From contig CM097883.1 of NCBI GenBank assembly GCA_044892505.1, forward strand, positions 415,958,001-416,022,000: a stretch of 64,000 nt of DNA, written 5' to 3'. The notes beneath the pieces were generated by a model, which saw only the letters and a list, made by a program, of their open reading frames with translations, did no database searches and was not told the origin of the DNA. Shown here in pieces: positions 10,592 through 20,181 of the stretch. Source of the stretch: Schmidtea nova (taxonomy: Eukaryota). Position 1 is the first letter of the stretch; every line of letters begins with the position of its first letter. A program made the translations under genes and the position numbers.

Positions 10592-12960
10592 ATGTATAAG
10601 AACCAAGCACCACAATACATTGAAAAGAATCCAGTTGACGCATGGAAATGTTATGCACCTCCACCAACAATGTATCAAGAATCACCACAAGGAGGAAGAA
10701 CTAATACGATGCAAATGATGCCAATGACGAATATATACCCTATGATAACGGAAGACTATAAAATGAGAAGATGCAGAAGCATGGATCCGCAAGGAGACGC
10801 ACATACCATTGCCGTAATGTCATCAAACACAGGTCCAGTATTAACCACAACCATAGAAATTAACGGAAGGGAAATTGAAGCAATGATCAACACAGGAGCA
10901 AATATTTCCGCATTAGACATTAAATGGATACCACAAGAACAAAGACAAGACATCGAAAGGACGAATGTTCACGTAATCGCATATAGCAAAGAAATCGTAG
11001 AAGTCGAAGGGAGATGGTGGGTAAAAATACGACATTTAAATACAGAAATCGACACCTACGTGGCAGTCATACCAGTGTTAAGCGTACCTTGCATTATTGG
11101 AACAGATCTGATGCCAGCCTTATTTAAAGAAATAGTAATTGATCTCGGAACAATGAGATTAAAAGACCGCACAGGACAAATATGCGCAATAGAAGCAAAA
11201 GTGACCAGTTCAAAGCAAATAATTATACCAGCAAGAAAGGAGAAAATATGTTACGTGAAAATAGACCCTACCATCAAAGGGGATATGATTTTTGAACCAA
11301 GTAAAAGATTCGAGAAAAGGAAGGCGTTGCCAATGGCAAGAGGATTAGTCAACATAAACGATAATTGAGAAATCCCAATAAACGTAATAAACTTCGATGA
11401 AGATAAAATAATCTACGAGAACGAAAGATTAGGTAAGTTAACCCCAATGATGAATATCGAACTACCAATAGAAGGGGAAGAAAAAGGTAAAGAACCCTCC
11501 TGGAATATTGATAGTGAAATATTAAACGAGGATCAAAAGAAACAGTAAGAAAAACTTCTGATAGAATACAAGGATATATTTGCAGCATCCGATTTAGATC
11601 TAGGTACATGCGATGTCACGCTACATACAATATCATTGACAGACGAAACACCAATCGCGTTAAGGCCATACAAATTAGCGGAGGCACAAAAAGCAGTAGC
11701 GGAAGCAGAGGTGCAGAAAATGTTAGATGCAGAGGTAATCGAACCAAGTTGTTCACCCTGGCAATTTCCAGTGGTAATGGTAAAGAAGAAAGACGGAACA
11801 CAGAGATTTTGCATTGATTACCGGAGATTGAATGCAGTAACAAAACGAAACACTTACCCATTACCAGACATTAATGAAATGCTATTAACATTACAGGGAG
11901 CAGCCTATTTTACATCGCTAGAATTGAAAAGCGGATATTGGCAAATAAAAATGAAGGAGGAAGACAAAGAGAAAACTGCCTTTACCATTGGTAGAGACTT
12001 GTACCAATTTCGTAAAATGCCATTCGGATTAACAAACGCACCAGCATCATTTTAGAGATGCATGAATTTCGTAACCCATGGAATAAAACAGTGCATGGTC
12101 TACATCGATGATTTATTAATTTACTCCGGTACGCTCGAACAACACATACCAGATATTCGAGACGTGTTCGTCAGACTCAGACAATGGAAGTTGAAACTCA
12201 AGCCATCCAAATGCGATTGGGCGAAAGAAAAAGTAACATTTCTGGGACATATAGTGTCAGCAAAAGGAAAAGAACCAGACCCTAGAAATATAGACAAAGA
12301 AAAAGAATGCCCAATACCAAAGACAATAACACAGATACAAGAATTTCTCGGATTATGCGGATATTAAAGGAAATTTATAAAGGATTATGCGGGAATCGCA
12401 AAACCCATACAGGAGCTAGTTAAGAAAGATGTATCATTCATATGGGGAAACGAACAGCAAACAGCCTTTGAGACGTTGAGGGATAAACTGATAACTGCAC
12501 CCATAATAGTTCACCCGGACTTCAAGAAGCCATTCTTACTTGCAACAGATGCAAGCGGATATGCAGCGGGAGCAGTGTTAGGACAATACGACAACGAAGG
12601 AAAAGAACGAGTAATCGGATACTATAGCCGAACATTTAAGAAACATGAGAAAAATTACTCGGTAACAGAACGAGAAGCGCTAGCAATCATACTAGCAATA
12701 AAACATTTTAAATATTTATTATGGGGACACATCATCTGTATAACGACAGACCACCAACCACTTGTATGGTTAGGACAACATAAGGAAACATCCAGTAGGT
12801 TAATGAGATGGGCAATGCAATTACAAGAGTACTCACCGAATATAAAATTCTAATCAGGACGAGCAAATGCCAATGCAGATTGTATGTCAAGATTGACATT
12901 TCCGGAATTAACCGATCCTGAAGTACATACGCAAAAGGAACGTACAAAGGAAATGACATA
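10592..12960 (+). pseudogene. pol: pol: aspartic protease (catalytic D>N), reverse transcriptase, RNase H; Ty3/Gypsy type
   Basis: EAMINTGANISAL; RFCIDYRRLNAVT, LKSGYWQI, MPFGLTNAPASF, MVYIDDLLI; LATDASGYAAGAVL, YSVTEREALA, TTDHQPL, RLMRWAMQLQ. One frame with nonsense codons. Confidence 0.95.
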
Positions 12961-13888
12961 GTAATCATAAAAAGAAAAATGCCAGTAGCATTTTTATTAC
13001 CAAAAGACGGAATATTGCCAATACATAGAGCATTACGAACAGACAAGGAGAAGAAGGTAATTAAAATCGCCCGACTAATGCAAGACTGCTGAAGTGATAT
13101 GAACATGATAGACGAGAAAGGAGATACCTTTATGGTGTTTGCAGCAAGGGCTAAAACGAAAACAAAGGTGTTAGAGGAATTACATAAAGCAGGTGCAGGA
13201 CTTATAGAAAAAACGGATAAAGATAACTCAATCCTAGATGTAACATTATTAACACATAACAGGGAAATGGTCAACTTCATTAAAACAATCACAAATCAGG
13301 AAGAAATAGATTATCTAACTAAAACTGTCAAAAAAACTCAGCATACTAACAATGATGCACAACGTCGAGCTAACAGAAGCAATACTTAATTGGATAAACC
13401 CAGATACCAACAAACCAGCGTTCAGAATTAACGAGTTTATAGAACAGAACCAAAACTGGTGTATGAGAAGTGCATTAATAACTTATAAGTGGCCAGAGAT
13501 ATTAAAAATTTTTATGGAAAGAAAGGATCTAAGAATCACCAACAACCCGAAAGAAGAGAAATATACAGGCAAATGGAAAGAATTGATGAGGACATATATA
13601 AACAACTGGATCAAAGCCAAGAAGGAAATTTTGGAATACAAATCCGCCAATAAAGCTATACCTGAGCAGATAGAAACACAGGAGTTTAAAGCAACTAACC
13701 TAACAACATTAGCTTACGCAAAATTGATAGAAGAAATCAATGTCGAGGATGACATTTTTAACGAACCAAGGGGAGGTGACACTACAGACAGCGACGACGT
13801 TAACAACTCGGAAAACTCAGAAGACCACGAACCACCCGATAAAGAGGACAATGAAGGGAAAGACAAGAAGAGACGACCAAGAAAATAA
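12960..13888 (+). pseudogene. Unknown domain at the position where integrase normally lies
   Basis: Coding-like frames 13099-13389 and 13352-13888 continue from RNase H; no HHCC, DDE or GPY/F motif. Confidence 0.5.
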
Positions 13889-13939
13889 AAACGAAACCAA
13901 AAGAACAGGTTATAAACAAACTGTAAACCAATTTTTCAG

Positions 13940-15885
13940 ACCAGAGCTACTATTATTAACAGTAATTATAACCCTAATTAGTCCAAGTCAAGGAATGATA
14001 TGTAGAGAAAGGGCGTTAATACGGATAGCAAACGCAAAAGGAATCGAACGAGTCTGTTGGTCAAAAAAGGACAAAATCTCTGGTCAAAATAACCCGATGG
14101 ATTGCAGAATCTCAATATCCGAACAAGAAACCATAGAGATCGAAGACCTAGATATGGAAACCTGGTATAGAATATGCACCGTCAGAAAACCAAAGGATCC
14201 TAAGTCACATAAGATAATCGCATGTAAAACATACCAAACACCTAAAGTGACCATGACCAGACACCAGTCACCCGAAGGAGACTACGTCGTTGAAAATTGT
14301 AGAGGAACAGAAGCACCAGAAACGAAAGACAAAAAATCACAAGCAACAGATAAACAAACAACGACAGATAGACGGAATACAACGGACAAGCCCGAAACAA
14401 GAATAGCCACAAATCAAACCGAAAGAGTGACTTACCAAATGGAAGGATTATGTTTAGCACTCATACTAGTAATGATAAAACGATTGGAGGAAGGAATAGA
14501 GATTGACACTATAGAAATGATGGATGTAGAAGATACCTGAAATACCAGCGTAAAATGTTGGGCGAAGAACAATGAGGAAATCGGGATAAACAAAGTAGGA
14601 AAAAGTCAAAAGCTAGCCACGGATAAAATAACAAAAATATCCAAAATAAAAGCGGACAGGACGTATAAACTATGCCTGCTGGAAAAGGAAAAGAACAAGA
14701 AAGGTACAATAAATTGTAAAACATTCCAGCCAGGAGAAGTACTTAAGTTCAAAAGGAGAACAAGACGGAGAAATAAACAAACCAAGCAAAAGATAACTAT
14801 AATGCTAAAAATAACAGGAATAGAACCGGAGGTGAAAGGAGTATGCTGGAGGAATTACGAGAAGAAAACAAATAAAAGAATGACACCCCAATGCCAAACA
14901 AGCACAGGAACAACTACGATACAAATAAAAGGTTTTGAAAGCAAACAAACCTATGAAATATGCCTAGTAAGGAAAAGTGATCAGATAACCATAAACGACC
15001 TAGAATGCGGGATATACACAACTTCATCCGGAACAAGAACTAGAAAGATAACACTAAAAAATAAAAGAAGACAACGAAACAAAGGAAAACCGAAGCATAC
15101 CACTACTTTTAAACACGAGAAACAACCAACAAACCAAGAAAGTAAAACAAAACCCGAGAACGACCTCAGCAACTCTTATATTATGGAAAATAGATAATAA
15201 AACATTAGAAATATGTTGGTCAATAACCCAGAAACAAACAGGCAGGCTACCACGATATTGCAGAAAAACAAAGGAAGAAATTAAGATCGAAAACCTACAA
15301 TTTAATAGGGAATACGAAATATGTGCAATAGAGAAAACGGACTCATTAAGAAATCAACAAGAGAGATGCGAAACGTACTATACACCAGCAAACGCGACAC
15401 CGAAAGGAATAATAAGGAAGCTTGAATTTAAGGAATTAAGCCAAACAACAGAACAAATGGATGCCGAAGAAATAATAATAAACCCTCAAGCAAAATGGAC
15501 ACCCGAAGAAGTAATCAAAGAAGTCAAAAGAAAACAACGGAAACGAGAACAGCTGATGAAGAAACTAAAGGGACAATACGGACTAATGGTTAATCGAAGA
15601 AAATTGATACAAATAGACGTTAACAAACAAATCAGGGAAGTAATTGGCTTAGGAATACTAACAGCAAATATACCAATAATAATCGCATTATTAGTAATAT
15701 GGATGTGTGAGGTAAGTAAAAAGAAACAGACAGCCCAATGGCCAAATATAAATATTACAAACTATAAAATTGAATTACCAGAAGAAATACAGAAAGAATT
15801 TCAAAGAAGGACGAAAGGTAAGGAATTTTGGAGACAAATAGAAGATGAGGAGAGATACGACGAAAAGTTAGTAACGATTGTATAG
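13940..15885 (+). pseudogene. Type I membrane protein: signal peptide, four Cys-containing FN3-like repeats, TM helix, short tail
   Basis: LLLLTVIITLISPSQG signal; four repeats CW...(I/L)xxLxxxxxY(R/K/E)(I/L)C...CxxYxT at ~14050, 14550, 14838 and 15208, like FLRT/LRFN-type FN3; TM VIGLGILTANIPIIIALLVIWMC at ~15641-15709. Confidence 0.6.
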
Positions 15886-15893
15886 GGGGCGGA
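15884..15893 (+). promoter_or_regulatory. Polypurine-tract-like sequence
   Basis: AGGGGGCGGA overlaps the last polyprotein stop and is followed by TG (15897) and TGTAAAT (15901). Confidence 0.5.
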
Positions 15894-16010
15894 TTATGAC
15901 TGTAAATAATAGTGTAAATAACAAAGCATTACCGAAATAGTATGGGTATCGATATTATAAAATGTGTAAAAAGAGAAAAATAGAAATTAATTGATGTATA
16001 TAATTTAGAA

Positions 16011-16310
16011 ATGAATGAACAAGACGAAACAACCGAAATAACTATGGCAATGAGATGGAAAGCACAATTTCACTTATTAGTACGAACAATTAACTCACTA
16101 CAAAATCAATTAGCGGAAAGACAAAATTTACTATCTGAGAGTTATAATAACTGCTTCGAACAATTACAGAGGATAGAGAAACAACAAAGATTGATAACAG
16201 AACTCACAAGAGAAAATCAAACGATAAGCAACATAAATCAAAGACAAGCAGTAGAAATAAATCATTTAACAAGAGGAGAGAGAGAGAGGAATCAGAAGAA
16301 GGATGGATGA
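16011..16310 (+). CDS. Hypothetical 99-aa coiled-coil protein
   Basis: Intact ORF, heptad-like composition, preceded by TTTAG|AAATG. Confidence 0.5.
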   Translation: MNEQDETTEITMAMRWKAQFHLLVRTINSLQNQLAERQNLLSESYNNCFEQLQRIEKQQRLITELTRENQTISNINQRQAVEINHLTRGERERNQKKDG

Positions 16311-16460
16311 GTTGGGTAATAAATAGATTGCATAATGATCTAGAACCGGATTCAACAAGCGAGCCATAGATAAACAAAGCGGAAAAATTGTAAATATGTA
16401 AAAATAAAAACAAGAAAATCAAAAATAAACAACAAATCGAATGTATATATTATTGTAGAA

Positions 16461-19006
16461 ATGGATAAAGAAGAACGAGCAGTCGAAATTTTGAGAGCTG
16501 AGAACAGGAAATGGAGCAAGAGGCTCACCTGCGGAAATTGTAACAACTTACTACGAAAACCTAGACAAACTATATGTGGATGTAGAATATGTACTAAATG
16601 TGTACAAGAATTGGGTGTAAAAAGAATAACAGCATGCCCAGAATACAAAGAAGGAAGAATAGTGTTAGACGAAACCAGACCGGATAGAGCAACGCAGAGA
16701 GATTATGAGCACAATAACTGAATGTGTAAACACACCTTGTATATGGCAAGGACAAATAAGCGATTTGGAAAATCACATGGAAAATTGCGAAGAAAAGAGA
16801 ACCGAATGCGAGAAGTGTCAACAGACAATAATTCTAAAGAATAAAGAGCAACACAAGGACGAATGCAAGGAAGAAGAAATTTCATGCGAATACTGCAAAA
16901 CTCGAGAAAAAAGGAGGAAATCGAAGAGGAACACCTGAATATAACCGAGGAGAAAGTATGAGGACAATATGTAAGCATATGTCCAAACAAATGTGAAATA
17001 ACAGAAGAAATAAAGTTACACGAACACTGGAAAGTATGTACTGAAAGACCAAGAGAATGTCCATATAACAAACATGGATGCAAGGAGAAAAGGACGCGAC
17101 AAACAATGAAACAACACTTGGAAGAAGCATCGCTAACGCATGTTGAAATGACAAACGAAACTACAAAAGAAACGGATCAGACAATTCAAAAATTGCAAAG
17201 AGAAATAGAGTCACACAAGATAATGGTAAGTAGACAGTTATGTGGAGCATGAGTCATCGCAGAACAAAGGAAATGACGTCACCCCCCGGGGGGGTTAGGA
17301 ATTTTTTTATGACTCATCGATGACGTCATCGATGACTCATCGGCATGACTCATCGATGACGTCATCGATGACACATTTCAAATTTGAATTTTATGACGTC
17401 ATCGATGACTCATTTCAAATTCAAATTTTGAATTTCCAAAGGTCAAATAAGGTCAAACCTTCAAACAAGGGTATCATTCGAAAGGTCTTTGAGAGGTGCA
17501 CACAATGGTCATACCCTCGATGGTCTATGGTGTGTCCTTAACCTTCAAAGGGTCAAAAACCTTCAGATTTTTCAAACCTTGTGTGTAATACATCATTCGA
17601 AAGGTAATACCGATGTGCACACAATGGTCATACCTTCGAAGGTGTATGGTGTGTGCTCAACCTTCAAGGGGTCAAAATCCTTCAAATATTTTTAAACATT
17701 ACAAGTTATATATCAAACAAAAGGTAATTGAGATTTGAGTATGATGGTCAACCCTCGAAGGTGGGTGGTCGACCTTGGACCCTTTAAGGGTATGACCATT
17801 GTGTGCACCCTTCAATTACCTTTTGTTTGATACATATATTATATAGTTTTTAAAATTTTGAGTCTTGGACCCTTCAAGGGTCGACCACCCACCTTCGAGG
17901 GTTGACCATCATACTCAAATCTCAATTACCTTTTGTTTGATATATAACTTGTAATGTTTAAAAATATTTGAAGGATTTTGACCCCTTGAAGGTTGAGCAC
18001 ACACCATACACCTTCGAAGGTATGACCATTGTGTGCACATCGGTATTACCTTTCGAATGATGTATTACACACAAGGTTTGAAAAATCTGAAGGTTTTTGA
18101 CCCTTTGAAGGTTAAGGACACACCATAGACCATCGAGGGTATGACCATTGTGTGCACCTCTCAAAGACCTTTCGAATGATACCCTTGTTTGAAGGTTTGA
18201 CCTTATTTGACCTTTGGAAATTCAAATTCAAAATTTGAATTTGAAATGAGTCATCGATGACGTCATAAAATTCAAATTTGAAATGAGTCATCGATGACGT
18301 CATCGATGAGTCATAAAAAATGTCCTAACCCCCGAGGGGGGGTGACGTCATTTCCTTTGTTCTGCGATGACTCATGCTCCACATAACTGTCTACTATGGT
18401 AAACCTACTATTAGAAACAAGAGAACAGTTCGAATTAACACGAGAAAATATGGAGAAAAAGATAAAAGCCATCGAAGAATTGGCCAAAGGAATGAAAATA
18501 CAGTACAACAAAATCACACAGGATACCGAGGAAAAACTATCAGTCGCACCATATGTATGGAAGGTAACGGATTTCAGAGACAAATTAGCGGACGCACGAA
18601 ATACGACGAAAACAACAGTAATAAGCACACCATTCTATCTATGGAAAAACGGCTGTAAAATAAGAATGAAAGTTTACCCAAATGGAGACGGAAGAGGACG
18701 AGGAACACATGTGTCGATATTTTTCGCATTATGTAAGGGAGAATACGACGATTTAATAGAATGGCCCCTGGAAGTAGGAGTCATCGTAAGAATCAGAAGT
18801 ATAAGAAAAATGTGGAAAAATTCTTTGAGACAAGTAAGCATGCGAGTACGAGCGAAAAACCAACAACAGAATGTGGATTAGCAGCTGGAGAACCAATGTT
18901 TATAATTCAAGAAAATATATTGGAACTACTATATGCAGACACCTTGTATATAGAAATAGAAAGAAAAAGAACGGACGAGAAAGCAGCAAAGGGATGGTGG
19001 ACGTAA
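16461..19006 (+). pseudogene. TRAF-family protein (RING, TRAF zinc fingers, coiled coil, MATH), intronless, frameshifted and split by an insertion
   Basis: CGNCNNLLRKPRQTICGCRICTKC RING; CVNTPCIWQGQISDLENHMENC and CPYNKHGC zinc fingers; YVWKVTDF..STPFY..GCKIRMKVYPNGDGRGRGTHVSIFFALCKGEYDDLIEWP MATH. Removing 17229-18395 plus one TSD rejoins ESHKI-MV-NLLL in frame. Confidence 0.92.
17229..18395. mobile_element. Non-autonomous Polinton/Maverick-type element made almost entirely of two ~520-545-bp TIRs
   Basis: Termini AGTAGACAG...CTGTCTACT; 6-bp TSD ATGGTA (17223-17228 and 18396-18401); arms ~17229-17774 and ~17879-18395. Confidence 0.75.
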
Positions 19007-19119
19007 TGAAATAGATAACCGTGTAAACAGTATGTATAGTCAAATACCCAAAAATATAAAATAAACAAAAATATAACTGAAAAAAATAAACTGATTAAAA
19101 TTTATCTGTAATTATAGAA

Positions 19120-20181
19120 ATGGGAAATATAGAAGTATGTTTACATGAAATCCCCATACACCAAGATGAAGCTATTAGTAAACACTTGGAACAAATTGAA
19201 ATATGGATCAACGCATATTACCGAAAACATGAGGAGTTTGAGAGACAAGCCGAAGCACTAAAAGAAGCAGAGAAACTAAATCAAAGAAGTCGAGAGAAAA
19301 TAGAAGAAGTATACAAAACATTAAAACAACAAAATGAATATTACAGAGGAATGATGAAAGAACGACGAGAGGAAAGAGATAGACAGCAGATAAAAACCGA
19401 CCACAAGATTCATTCAATTACTGAAGAGGCAAGATACTGCAAAAAAGAGGAGGAAGAATCCTACAAGGAAGCAAGAGAGATAATAGAAAGGACAGCCTAT
19501 AGTGATGATTGGAAGCTATATAAAGAGATCGACGAATTAAAAGAGGAATTAGGACAGAAAATCAGCCAAGAAGTGTCAAATAAAAGATGGAATAAAAAGA
19601 GACAGCAATTTATCTGGGAACAGGCAAAGAAAATTAAAGAACTAACTTATCAAGTACAAAGAATGGGGGAGGAGTTAGCTAACCAAGAACAACTGAAAAA
19701 TATGCTTACCGGAATGTGTAATCACAAAGAGGAAAATATGAAAAGAGACATAAATGGTTACCAAGGAGTGATTACCCAGAAGAAAATAGAATTGAAAAGA
19801 ACCAGAGAAAGACTAGAAGAAGCAAAACAGAGTTATGAAGAAAACATAACCAACTTGACAAAAGAAAACGAGGAACTGAGAAAGAGGTTGACAGAGAAAC
19901 CAATACAGACAAAAGAAACAAGCATTACAGTAGCAGTAACAGAAATGATGAAAGAAGAAGAGAGAAAGACAAAGATAGCAGAATTAGAAAAACAAATAGA
20001 AACACTAACAGAGCAGGCAAACTACCTAGAATATTTATTGGACGAAGAGATTCAGATATCTCATATGTACCGAGACGAAGTTGAAATGTGGAGAAGCACG
20101 GTAGTATGGATGCCACTCCCCATGAACCAAGTGGAACCTCAAGATGAAGGTTTCCACGAACCAAACGAAACCCTAGTGTAA
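19120..20181 (+). CDS. Hypothetical 353-aa coiled-coil protein
   Basis: Long intact E/K/Q-rich ORF preceded by TATAG|AAATG and followed by TGTAAATAAA. Confidence 0.6.
   Translation: MGNIEVCLHEIPIHQDEAISKHLEQIEIWINAYYRKHEEFERQAEALKEAEKLNQRSREKIEEVYKTLKQQNEYYRGMMKERREERDRQQIKTDHKIHSITEEARYCKKEEEESYKEAREIIERTAYSDDWKLYKEIDELKEELGQKISQEVSNKRWNKKRQQFIWEQAKKIKELTYQVQRMGEELANQEQLKNMLTGMCNHKEENMKRDINGYQGVITQKKIELKRTRERLEEAKQSYEENITNLTKENEELRKRLTEKPIQTKETSITVAVTEMMKEEERKTKIAELEKQIETLTEQANYLEYLLDEEIQISHMYRDEVEMWRSTVVWMPLPMNQVEPQDEGFHEPNETLV

Noticed and set aside
13099-13389. Macro (ADP-ribose-binding) domain after RNase H
   Set aside because: Only vague resemblance; the IGCGLDGL-type motif is absent.
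3122-16821. Many hydrophobic minus-strand ORFs over the giant element
   Set aside because: They are antisense shadows of the A-rich coding strand (F/L/S/I-rich), with no motifs.
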